NCBI GenBank assembly: GCA_051305855.1 | Contig: JBPPMB010000044.1 | Location: 4,686-68,685, forward strand | Length of the DNA: 64,000 nucleotides | Direction: 5' to 3' | From: Desulfuromonadales bacterium | Lineage (GTDB): Bacteria; Desulfobacterota; Desulfuromonadia; Desulfuromonadales; BM103 | Part shown: positions 47,956 through 56,413 of the stretch, one piece after another | Layout of the letters: every line of letters begins with the position of its first letter | How positions within the stretch are numbered: position 1 is the first letter of the stretch | The notes under the pieces: generated by a model | Told to the model about the DNA's origin: nothing | The model's database searches: none | Seen by the model: only the letters and a program-made list of their open reading frames with translations | Position numbers and translations under genes: made by a program

Positions 47956-48645
47956 TCAGTCTTGCAACATCTCCGGGGCAACTTCCCTGATCCTGTCCAA
48001 AAAGAACTGACAGTGCTCCTGACGATTGTCACCAGCCCCCCCTAGAGCCTGCTTGGCAAGGGATATTCGTTTTGAGACCTTCTCAAAACGACCACGGTTT
48101 GTGATTTTGAATGAGTCAGCGGGATGGCGGTTCTCTGGAGTAGTGCAATCACATTTACAATAAATCTCGTCGCTCAAGATCTGGTCTCTTTGCTCAATGG
48201 CCTGATCCTTGGCTCTGGCGAATAGTACTGGGTGGAGATTGTATAAGTATTCCAGGCCTTGCATGGCGTTGTTGAAAAGATTTTCACAGGGGAAGAAGAG
48301 GTCCCTGTACTCCTTGACGGCTCTTCGAATGACTTTTTCCTCCCAACGTATATCTTTCGGCAGCCTTAACGCTGTCTTACGCCCCTTAGCTTTGGAATAC
48401 TCACTATCGTCAAACAGTTCTGGAGTGATGTGATCAACATCTTCGATTAATTCGGAAATATAGTGATCCATGTCTTCAAGAAGTTTGGGGTTAGCCTGTT
48501 CCATCGCCTCCAAAAACTGCTTCGCCCGTAACTTCTCCTTTGGGTTACCTACCGTCAGAATAATCCGCTCAAAAGCGATCCTTTGACGTATCCGATGTAC
48601 CCAGACGAATTCATGAGCGGTCAAAGTTTCAGTGGCTTTTGTCAT
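47956..48645 (-). CDS. Hypothetical protein (229 aa), no recognised domain
   Basis: Intact ORF. I prefer the start at 48645 (GGAG 7 nt upstream), because the longer TTG-initiated version would read through an intrinsic terminator. Confidence 0.5.
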   Translation of the reverse strand: MTKATETLTAHEFVWVHRIRQRIAFERIILTVGNPKEKLRAKQFLEAMEQANPKLLEDMDHYISELIEDVDHITPELFDDSEYSKAKGRKTALRLPKDIRWEEKVIRRAVKEYRDLFFPCENLFNNAMQGLEYLYNLHPVLFARAKDQAIEQRDQILSDEIYCKCDCTTPENRHPADSFKITNRGRFEKVSKRISLAKQALGGAGDNRQEHCQFFLDRIREVAPEMLQD

Positions 48646-48683
48646 CGTTCCACTCCAGCTCATACATTCCCAGGCCATATTAA

Positions 48684-48722
48684 CCCAAAAACAAAAAACC
48701 ACACTGCTGTCAGAGTGGTTTT
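48684..48722 (-). terminator. Intrinsic terminator inside the leader of the orphan gene (attenuator candidate)
   Basis: The minus strand reads AAAACCACUCUG-ACAG-CAGUGUGGUUUU followed by UUGUUUUUGGG. It ends about 40 nt upstream of the ATG at 48645. Confidence 0.6.
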
Positions 48723-48785
48723 GATCGTACTGACTGCTCTCTCCTGACAACAGTTTTCACATTGCGAAACAAATTAAACACCGGC

Positions 48786-48814
48786 AATTTACACCAGCCC
48801 GGAGTTAAGGTCAA
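48786..48814 (-). promoter_or_regulatory. Candidate sigma70 promoter driving the leader and orphan gene
   Basis: Minus strand: TTGACC (48814-48809), 17-nt spacer, TAAATT (48791-48786). Confidence 0.4.
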
Positions 48815-48931
48815 AGGGAAGTCATTATAAATCCTCTCACATTATATTGAGAGTGTAAACTGGCTGCAAGTATTGACGGGAAGAGACATCAATGCTAAAC
48901 ACAATGGCAAGTTCACGTAAAGGGAAAGCAT

Positions 48932-49336
48932 ATGACGTATGTTCAAGAAGGCTTGATACAGATCGGCAGGCTTGCCAAAGAGCTCGATATCACCACACGA
49001 ACCATTCGCTACTACGAAGAGATCGGTCTCATGGGGCCTTCCAAGAGAAGCCGTGGCGGGGCGCGCAGCTACAACCGGGACGATGTCCTCCGCATCAAGT
49101 TCATACTCAAGTTGAAAGAACTCGGCATCAGCTTGAAAGAGATGCTTAGCCTGGCAGACACCTTCGACACCCACAATCAGAACTTCGGCATGATTACGCC
49201 ACGAGTGCTCGAGATTCTCGACCTGCATATCGGCAATATTGATGACAAGATCGGCAGACTCACCTCTTTACGCAACGACATCGTTAGCTACCGCAAGCGG
49301 ATTTCTGACCTGTTACAAAGTCAGTCATCTGCATAG
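48932..49336 (+). CDS. MerR-family transcriptional regulator
   Basis: IGRLAKELDITTRTIRYYEEIGLM HTH, followed by a coiled-coil dimerisation helix. Confidence 0.85.
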   Translation: MTYVQEGLIQIGRLAKELDITTRTIRYYEEIGLMGPSKRSRGGARSYNRDDVLRIKFILKLKELGISLKEMLSLADTFDTHNQNFGMITPRVLEILDLHIGNIDDKIGRLTSLRNDIVSYRKRISDLLQSQSSA

Positions 49337-49378
49337 CCCTTGCGCCTCGATCGACCGATAACGGGCCTGCATCGGTCA

Positions 49379-50560
49379 CTACTGCGTTTTCTTCCTCGCC
49401 AACAGACGCCCCATCCTCTTTTTGGCTCCGCTCACAAGATATGGAGAGAGTCGACCCTTTTCCTTCAAGATTGCGACAAACATGTCTTTGTGCTTTTCCG
49501 GGGGCACCGGTCTTTCGGCACGTTCAACCAGCAAGACGGCTTTCCGGGCACAGGCGGGCACACAGGCACCACAACCCAGGCAGGACTCCGTGTCGATGGC
49601 TGCGCAGGATCCGAACTGGCCTGTGACCGATGTAATCGCAGCCACATTACAGGCAGAATGACAGAGGCCACAATCGTTGCATTTTGCAACGTCGACGGCA
49701 GCCAGGAAAGGCGTTTTGGCAACGCCATCACTGAACCCGGCTTGCACCCCGGCCATCAATTCACAACAGCAGGAGCAACAGTTACAGACAAATGACGGCT
49801 TGTGGCGAACGTTATCGGTGATGTGAGTCAACGTGAATTCTCTGGCCCGATCGAGAACAGCGAGCAACTCTTCCGTGCTCTTCTCTTCGGCAAACCCTCG
49901 GCGCACCATAAATCTTGCCGCCGTCCCGAGCGAAATACAGGTTCCCTCAACAGGAGCGTGCTTGCTGCAGCTTTCACCAAGGTGTTCTTTCTTGTGGCGG
50001 CAGTAACACATGCCAACGGCACCGTAGCCGGCCGAAGTGATTATCTTACGGGCATTCTCGAAATTGCTGACTTCTGAACTGACAGGAACCGCCTCATCGT
50101 AGACCAGGGACCTGGTCAGGTTGGTCTTGCTGCCGAAGAACTCCCTGGCCTGGCCTTGTGTGGAATCTTCATAAAGATACTCGGTCATCAGGCGAGCCAG
50201 TTCCGGCAACGGCAGATCGGCACGCTTCTTCATGAAGGTAAACTCGAAGAAACCGATAAACCCGGGCATGAGCATATAATAGGTGGTGCCGGCGTAAGGC
50301 AAGTCCATGATCAGCCCCTTCTCGGCCATGGTTTCAAGAACCGGCAGCAACACTGCCTCGGCCAGACCTGTCTTGCGGGCCAGTTCATCAATGGTCGCCT
50401 CTTCCAGGGGAAATCTCGATGCGACAAACGCCTCCTCCTCACTGAACAGCAGGGTCAATATCTGGCGGAGCGTTTCGCTGTCGACGAGGCCTATCGGGTT
50501 CATGTTAAGTCGATCGATGAGGGGAACGATACTGCTTTTACTGCCGAGATGATGACCCAT
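49379..50560 (-). CDS. 4Fe-4S dicluster domain protein with Cys-rich CNCCSCCC motif
   Basis: CNDCGLCHSAC and CLGCGACVPAC ferredoxin motifs. Additional CYC, C..C and FVCNCCSCCCE clusters. Helix-rich N-terminal region. Confidence 0.75.
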   Translation of the reverse strand: MGHHLGSKSSIVPLIDRLNMNPIGLVDSETLRQILTLLFSEEEAFVASRFPLEEATIDELARKTGLAEAVLLPVLETMAEKGLIMDLPYAGTTYYMLMPGFIGFFEFTFMKKRADLPLPELARLMTEYLYEDSTQGQAREFFGSKTNLTRSLVYDEAVPVSSEVSNFENARKIITSAGYGAVGMCYCRHKKEHLGESCSKHAPVEGTCISLGTAARFMVRRGFAEEKSTEELLAVLDRAREFTLTHITDNVRHKPSFVCNCCSCCCELMAGVQAGFSDGVAKTPFLAAVDVAKCNDCGLCHSACNVAAITSVTGQFGSCAAIDTESCLGCGACVPACARKAVLLVERAERPVPPEKHKDMFVAILKEKGRLSPYLVSGAKKRMGRLLARKKTQ

Positions 50561-50626
50561 GATTTATCTCCGTAACAATACATACAGGTACTTAACACAG
50601 GATTCCGTTATTTTTCAGCTCGCTTG

Positions 50627-50733
50627 CGCAATCGCACAGCATGTGGGTTGCAGCTGTTGATTGCGGGAAGCTAAGTGCAACGTTGGACTCAGGCAATGGC
50701 TGCAGCCCACTTGCCTTTTCTGCAGATAAGTGC
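50627..50733. repeat. Intergenic hairpin repeat, copy C
   Basis: Aligns over roughly 105 nt with 52697-52803. Hairpin 50639-50714, with a loop containing the palindrome CAACGTTG. Confidence 0.75.
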
Positions 50734-50739
50734 GCGCCT

Positions 50740-50854
50740 CCGCCGTCGGTGGACCGGTATCCAGCAGAACCAGTTCCCCGGCCAGCTCGATGCTGTAGCA
50801 ATGCACCGGACCAACCGGGTAAGGGGTGGCAAGGGTGCGTTGAGTCGGGATCAT
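50740..50854 (-). pseudogene. N-terminal remnant of an MBL-fold metallo-hydrolase
   Basis: MIPTQRTLATPYPVGPVHCYSIELAGELVLLDTGPPTAEA matches the usual MBL-fold N-terminus (PFPVGPVNxYLI...LxDTGP). The HxHxDH motif and everything after it are missing. The reading frame runs into repeat copy C. Confidence 0.4.
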
Positions 50855-50859
50855 AATTC

Positions 50860-52647
50860 TCAGAAAAGGTATTGCTCGGCGTCAAGGGCAGCCGCGGCGA
50901 CCGTTCGTTTGGCCGCAAGCAGGCCGCTGGCGTCATACTTGGTAAAACGTCGCACACCAGACAAAAGCATCATCAGGCTGTCGCCCTCCTCGACGTAGTA
51001 AGCAGCCTTCTTTGCTGCGCTGGCAGCTTCCTCGGTGGCGTTGAAGGTGAAGACCTTGACCGTGGCTTTGAGCTGTTCCTGCTTGGCTTGACTCAGCTTG
51101 GCCAGAATTTTCTCAGCTCGCAGAACGGTGCTTTCAATGGCGAAGATCTGGATGGCGATGTCGGCGGCTGCGATCAGGATTTCCTGCTCGTCCTGCAACT
51201 TCTGCATGTATTTCTGAACACCGGTGCCGGCGAGAATCAGGAAGAGCGTCTTGAGATTTTTAAGCAGCGTCTTTTCAGCGATGAACAGAACCTCTTCATC
51301 GAGTTCCTCGAAGGAAGGTGTCATCAAGGCTTCAAAGGCCTTCATTGCCCCGGCCTGCAAAGGAAGCTCTCCCTTCATCGCTTTACGCAGGATCATGCCG
51401 GTCGTGAGCAGCCGGTTAATCTCGTTGGTACCTTCGAAGATGCGGTTGATCCGTTCATCGCGGTAGAAGCGTTCGGCCGGATAGTCGCTGACGAAGCCGT
51501 AGCCGCCATGGACCTGCACCACCTCATCGACCACGCGTGCGAGCACATCTGAGCAGAAAACCTTCGCAATGGCACACTCGGCGGAGTAGTCCTCAATGCC
51601 TTTCTGGTATTCGACATAATAGTCGTCGGTACCTTTCTCTATGGTCTCCAGCTTGCCGTCAAGCAGTCCTGCCAGACGGTAGACCAGCGACTCGGAGGCA
51701 AAGATGTCGGCGGTCAGGTCAGCGAACTTCTCCTGGATGGCCCCGAAAGAGCCGATGGTCCTGCCGAACTGTTTGCGCTCGTTGGCATATTTGAGACCCT
51801 CTTTCAAGGCGTACTTGGAAGCGCCGGTGACGCAGGCGCCGAGCTTGAAACGCCCGACGTTGAGGACGTTGAAAGCGATCTTGTGCCCCTTGCCGATTGC
51901 GCCCAGGACATTCTCCACCGGGACCTTGCAGTTTTCGAGGATGATCTGGGTGGTCGAACTCCCCTTGATCCCCATCTTCTTCTCCTCGACACCAACGACC
52001 AGCCCTGCAAAGGTCTTCTCGACCAGAAAGCAGGTAAAATGCTCCTTGTCGATCTTGGCGAAAACGATGAACAGATCGGCGAAGCTGCCGTTGGTGATAA
52101 ACTGTTTGGTCCCATTGAGGAGATAATGCAAGCCGTCTGCTGAGAGCACTGCCGAAGACTGGGCGCCGAGGGCATCGCTGCCGCTGCCCGGCTCGGTCAG
52201 ACAGTAAGCGGCCAACCATTCGCCGGTGATGATTTTCTCAAGGTACTGGTCTTTCTGCGCCTTGGTGCCATAGTAGACCAGCGGCAGGGTGCCGATGCCG
52301 GTGTGGGCGGCGTAGGCGACTGAGAAGGAGCCAGCCGGAGCAATTTTTTCGCCGACCAGCATACTGGTCGCCTTGTCAAGTTCGAGACCGCCGTACTCCT
52401 CGGGGGCATCGATCATCAGCAGGCCCAGCTCGCCGCATTTCTTCATCCCTGCCACGACAAGATCGAAATTTTGCTCCTCGATTTCCTCAATGTGGGGGAA
52501 AATTTCGTTCTCGACGAACTGCGTCGTCGTTTCGGCGATGGCACGCTGCTCGTCACTGAAATCCTCAGGAGTGAAAACCGCTTCGCAGGGGGTCTCGGCA
52601 ACCAGGTATTCGCAACCTTTCAGAATCCTCTTGTCCATGTCCGTCAC
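50860..52647 (-). CDS. Acyl-CoA dehydrogenase (long, about 600 aa form)
   Basis: CLTEPGSGSD, the FITNG-type motif QFITNGSFA, GGYGF..DYPAERFYRDERINRIFEGTNEI, and an extra C-terminal helical domain. Confidence 0.9.
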   Translation of the reverse strand: MTDMDKRILKGCEYLVAETPCEAVFTPEDFSDEQRAIAETTTQFVENEIFPHIEEIEEQNFDLVVAGMKKCGELGLLMIDAPEEYGGLELDKATSMLVGEKIAPAGSFSVAYAAHTGIGTLPLVYYGTKAQKDQYLEKIITGEWLAAYCLTEPGSGSDALGAQSSAVLSADGLHYLLNGTKQFITNGSFADLFIVFAKIDKEHFTCFLVEKTFAGLVVGVEEKKMGIKGSSTTQIILENCKVPVENVLGAIGKGHKIAFNVLNVGRFKLGACVTGASKYALKEGLKYANERKQFGRTIGSFGAIQEKFADLTADIFASESLVYRLAGLLDGKLETIEKGTDDYYVEYQKGIEDYSAECAIAKVFCSDVLARVVDEVVQVHGGYGFVSDYPAERFYRDERINRIFEGTNEINRLLTTGMILRKAMKGELPLQAGAMKAFEALMTPSFEELDEEVLFIAEKTLLKNLKTLFLILAGTGVQKYMQKLQDEQEILIAAADIAIQIFAIESTVLRAEKILAKLSQAKQEQLKATVKVFTFNATEEAASAAKKAAYYVEEGDSLMMLLSGVRRFTKYDASGLLAAKRTVAAAALDAEQYLF

Positions 52648-52696
52648 CTCATCATTAGTTCATGTTCTGTTCTGATTGTTAACCAGTCAAACCCTT

Positions 52697-52803
52697 GAGC
52701 AATCACTCCGCATGTTGGCCGCAGCCTTTGCTTGCGGGAAACTAAGTGGCAACGTTGGACGCAGGCAATGGCTGTGGACAACATGCCTTTGACGACATGC
52801 AGA
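52697..52803. repeat. Intergenic hairpin repeat, copy D
   Basis: Lies between the thiolase stop and the acyl-CoA dehydrogenase start. Hairpin 52710-52786: 17-bp outer stem plus 9-bp inner stem, with a 23-nt loop nearly identical to copy C. Confidence 0.75.
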
Positions 52804-52810
52804 AATTGAC

Positions 52811-53983
52811 TCAGACTTTTTCGAAAATGCCTGCAGCACCCATGCCCCCGCCGATGCACATGCTGACCATGCCGTAACGCACGTCACGACGCTGCATCTC
52901 GTGCAGCAGGGTGGCGGTCAATTTGGCACCGGTACAGCCGAGAGGGTGGCCCAGGGCGATGGCGCCGCCGTTGACGTTGATGATATCCACATTCAAGCCG
53001 AGCTCTTTGATGACCGCCAGCGACTGCGCGGCGAACGCCTCATTGAGCTCAAGCAGGCCGATATCGTTCTGCTGCAGGCCGGCCATCTGCAAAGCCGCAG
53101 GAATCGCCTCGATCGGACCAATGCCCATGATCTCCGGCGGCACCCCCTTGACGGCGAAGGCGACAAAGCGGCCCAGTGGCTTCAGGACTGTTTGTTTGAG
53201 AAACGCTTCGGAAACCACCAGTGCTGCCGCCGCACCGTCAGTCATCTGCGAGCTGGTCCCGGCTGTGACTGTGCCATTCAGCTTGAAAACCGGCTTGAGC
53301 TTTGCCAGACCTTCGATTGTGGAATCGGCACGCACGCCGTCATCGATCACAACCGTTTTTTTGCTCCTGACCGGCTTGTTCTTGATGATGGCCACCTCCT
53401 CAACCTCAACCGGGATGATTTCATCCGTGAACCGTCCTGCGGCGATCGCGGCTGCCGCTTTCTGATGACTGGCCAGAGCGAAGGCGTCCTGCTGCTTGCG
53501 GTCGATGCTGTACTTCTCAGAAACCAGCTCGGCGGTGATCCCCATAGAAGCGAAAGCTTCCGGCCAGCTCGCCACCAGCCCCGGATTGGCGCTGAACTTG
53601 TTGCCACCCATCGGAACGACGGTCATCGATTCGGCACCACCGGCGATAATGCAGTCGGCAAAGCCGGCCATGATCCGCTCGGCGGCACTGGCGATGGTCT
53701 GCAGTCCCGAGGAACAGAAACGGTTGACAGTTTGCGCCGGCACCTGGTAGGGGAGCCCGGCCTTCATACTGGCGATACGGGCGAAGTTCATCCCCTGCTC
53801 CCCCTCGGGAAAGGCGCAGCCGATCAGTACGTCGTCGATCTTCATCGGGTCGATTCCCGTGCGCTCGACCAGCCCCCGAATAGCTGCGGCGGCCAGGTCA
53901 TCGGGGCGCATATCCTTGAAACCACCCTTGTTCGCCCGACAACCCGGGGTACGGTATGCCGCAAGTATGTAAGCTTTTTTCAT
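52811..53983 (-). CDS. fadA: Acetyl-CoA C-acyltransferase (thiolase)
   Basis: VNRFCSSGLQ active-site Cys, NGGAIALGHPLG and CIGGGMG. Confidence 0.95.
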   Translation of the reverse strand: MKKAYILAAYRTPGCRANKGGFKDMRPDDLAAAAIRGLVERTGIDPMKIDDVLIGCAFPEGEQGMNFARIASMKAGLPYQVPAQTVNRFCSSGLQTIASAAERIMAGFADCIIAGGAESMTVVPMGGNKFSANPGLVASWPEAFASMGITAELVSEKYSIDRKQQDAFALASHQKAAAAIAAGRFTDEIIPVEVEEVAIIKNKPVRSKKTVVIDDGVRADSTIEGLAKLKPVFKLNGTVTAGTSSQMTDGAAAALVVSEAFLKQTVLKPLGRFVAFAVKGVPPEIMGIGPIEAIPAALQMAGLQQNDIGLLELNEAFAAQSLAVIKELGLNVDIINVNGGAIALGHPLGCTGAKLTATLLHEMQRRDVRYGMVSMCIGGGMGAAGIFEKV

Positions 53984-54025
53984 TTCTGTTCTCCTGGGTG
54001 CCTGCCGGCACCTTGTCTCGATCTC

Positions 54026-56413
54026 TTAGTTGCGTAGCGGCTTGCCGGTTTTCAACATCGCCTGAATCCGCTCCGCGGTCTTTTTGTTGCCGCAGAGCTT
54101 GAGGAACGCCTGGCGCTCGAGCTGCAGCAGGTAGTCCTCGGAGACAGGCGTACCGGCCGGCACGTCGCCGCCGCAGATGACATCGGCGATGATACCGCCG
54201 ATCTCCTGCTCGTAAGCAGTGACGAAACCACCCATCTGCAGGTTCCAGAGGCTGGTCTTGATGCTGGCGGCGATGCTGCGCCCGGGTGCCGGCAGGTTTT
54301 CCAGCGGCCTGCCAGGCCGGTAGTTGACCGCCAGCGCCAGCACCTTCTGCTTGGCGTCGGCGATCAGGCGGTCGAGGTCCATACTGATGCAGTCGCCCGG
54401 TCGCATGTAATTCAGACTGCGCAGTTCGGCGGCGCTCATGGAAACAGTCGCCATGCCGATCTGCTTGAAATGTTTGAAGACATAGGGGGTCGGATCAGTT
54501 TCGTACTGCTGCGCCAGTTCGACCGAGCGCAGGCACATCTCCTTGGTGCCGCCGCCGGCCGGCAACAGTCCGACTCCGATTTCCACCAGCCCCATGTAGG
54601 TTTCAGCAAAAGCGTTAATGGCGTCGGCATGCAGGCTGAACTCGCAGCCGCCGCCGAGAGTCATGCCGAAGGGCGCGGCCACCACCGGCACCCTGGCGTA
54701 TTTGACCGCCATGGTTGCTTTCTGGAAGGCGCGCACCATCAGGTCAATGTCCTCGTAGGTCCCTTCAGCCAGGGCGACGGCGAGCATCATCAGGTTGGCG
54801 CCGACCGAGAAGTTGCTTCCCTGGTTACCGATCACCAGCCCGACGCCCTCGCCTTCTGCACGTCTGATCGCCTTGTGGGTCATGGAGAGAATGTCTCCGC
54901 TGATGGAGTTCATCTTCGAATGGAATTCCAAGCCGAAGACCCCATCGCCGAGATCGACCAGCGAGCAATTGGCGTTCTTCTCCACCAGGCCCCCGGATTT
55001 CTTGAGGATTTGCAGGCTGATCTGCCCCGGTTTGAGGGGCATGGGCTTATATTCACCGGCCTGCAGGTCGAAGTATTCCTTCTGCCCTGCCTCGTTGAAG
55101 CGGTAGAAACGCTCGACGCTCTTCAGTACAGCCGGCACCGGCACACCGTCTTTCTCCGCCCGCATGACGAAGGCCGCAACGCCGACGGCATCGAGCATCT
55201 CGAAGGGGCCAATCTCCCAGTTGAAGCCCCACTTCATGGCGTTGTCAATGTTGACCACGTCATCAGCGATCTCGGGGATGCGATTGACGGTATAGATCAG
55301 GGTATCGCGCAGCGTCTTCCAGGCATATTCGGCGGCCTTGTCTCCCCCTTCGACCACCATCCTGACCTTCTGCGCCGGGTCATCGATCATCTTGACGGCA
55401 GTGACAGAGGCGAATTTCGGCTTGGTGGCCGGCTTGAATGCACCACTGTTATAGTCGAAGTAGAAAATCTGCCGCTTGCCGTCGACCTGCTCCTTTTTAT
55501 AGAAACCGGCCTTGCTCTTGTTGCCGAGCAGCCCGGCCTCGACCATCTTGTTCATGAATACGGGAACCTTGAAGACCTCGCGCTCCTCGTCTTCGGTCAG
55601 CAGCTCATAAGAGTTGTTGCCGACGTGGATCAGGGTATCAATACCGACCAGGTCGGCGGTGCGGAATGCCGCCGACTTGGGGCGGGCCGTGGCCGGACCG
55701 GCGATGGAGTCGACTTCCTCGACGGTCATCCCCATCTCGACCATGTGCTGCACCCCCTTGTATATGGCGTAGACACCGATGCGGTTGGCGATGAAATTCG
55801 GCGTATCCTTGGCGTGGACGATCCCCTTGCCGAGCCTCCGGCTGATGAATTCGGCCATGCCACTGACCACCGCCGAATCGGTTTCGCTGCAGGGAACGAT
55901 TTCCAGCAGGCGCATGTAACGCGGCGGATTGAAGAAATGGGTAACCATGAAATTGCGGCGCACTTCGGCCGGCAGGGCCTCGGCCATAGCGTTGACCGAC
56001 AGGCCGCTGGTGTTGGTCGTCAGGACCGCCCCGGCCTTAAGATGGGGTACGATCTTTTTAAAGAGCCCCAGCTTGATCGGCAGATGTTCGATGACCACCT
56101 CGAGTACCCAGTCGCACTCCAGCAACTTCGGCAGGTCGTCGTTGAAGTTGCCGCAGGCGATCTGTGTGGCGTAGTTTGCCAGGTAGAACGGCGCCGGCTT
56201 CATCTTCATCAGGCCTTCCAGCCCGGTGGCGGCAATGCGGTTGCGCACCTGCGGGCTCTCGAGGCTCAGGCCGGCGGCCTGTTCCTCGGCGTTCAGCTCC
56301 TTCGGCACCATGTCGAGCAACAAGACATCAAGACCGGCATTTGCCAGATGGGCGGCAATCGTGGCGCCCATGACTCCGGCGCCAAGCACAGCCACTCGGT
56401 TGATTTGCCTCAT
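54026..56413 (-). CDS. fadB: Bifunctional 3-hydroxyacyl-CoA dehydrogenase / enoyl-CoA hydratase
   Basis: 795 aa. N-terminal VAVLGAGVMGATIA Rossmann fold. C-terminal crotonase fold (PVVAAPFGMTLGGGCE). Confidence 0.9.
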   Translation of the reverse strand: MRQINRVAVLGAGVMGATIAAHLANAGLDVLLLDMVPKELNAEEQAAGLSLESPQVRNRIAATGLEGLMKMKPAPFYLANYATQIACGNFNDDLPKLLECDWVLEVVIEHLPIKLGLFKKIVPHLKAGAVLTTNTSGLSVNAMAEALPAEVRRNFMVTHFFNPPRYMRLLEIVPCSETDSAVVSGMAEFISRRLGKGIVHAKDTPNFIANRIGVYAIYKGVQHMVEMGMTVEEVDSIAGPATARPKSAAFRTADLVGIDTLIHVGNNSYELLTEDEEREVFKVPVFMNKMVEAGLLGNKSKAGFYKKEQVDGKRQIFYFDYNSGAFKPATKPKFASVTAVKMIDDPAQKVRMVVEGGDKAAEYAWKTLRDTLIYTVNRIPEIADDVVNIDNAMKWGFNWEIGPFEMLDAVGVAAFVMRAEKDGVPVPAVLKSVERFYRFNEAGQKEYFDLQAGEYKPMPLKPGQISLQILKKSGGLVEKNANCSLVDLGDGVFGLEFHSKMNSISGDILSMTHKAIRRAEGEGVGLVIGNQGSNFSVGANLMMLAVALAEGTYEDIDLMVRAFQKATMAVKYARVPVVAAPFGMTLGGGCEFSLHADAINAFAETYMGLVEIGVGLLPAGGGTKEMCLRSVELAQQYETDPTPYVFKHFKQIGMATVSMSAAELRSLNYMRPGDCISMDLDRLIADAKQKVLALAVNYRPGRPLENLPAPGRSIAASIKTSLWNLQMGGFVTAYEQEIGGIIADVICGGDVPAGTPVSEDYLLQLERQAFLKLCGNKKTAERIQAMLKTGKPLRN

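Noticed and set aside
48646-48750. Longer TTG-initiated version of the orphan gene (264 aa in the ORF track)
   Set aside because: It would translate through a strong intrinsic terminator and lacks a ribosome-binding site. The ATG at 48645 has GGAG at the proper distance.
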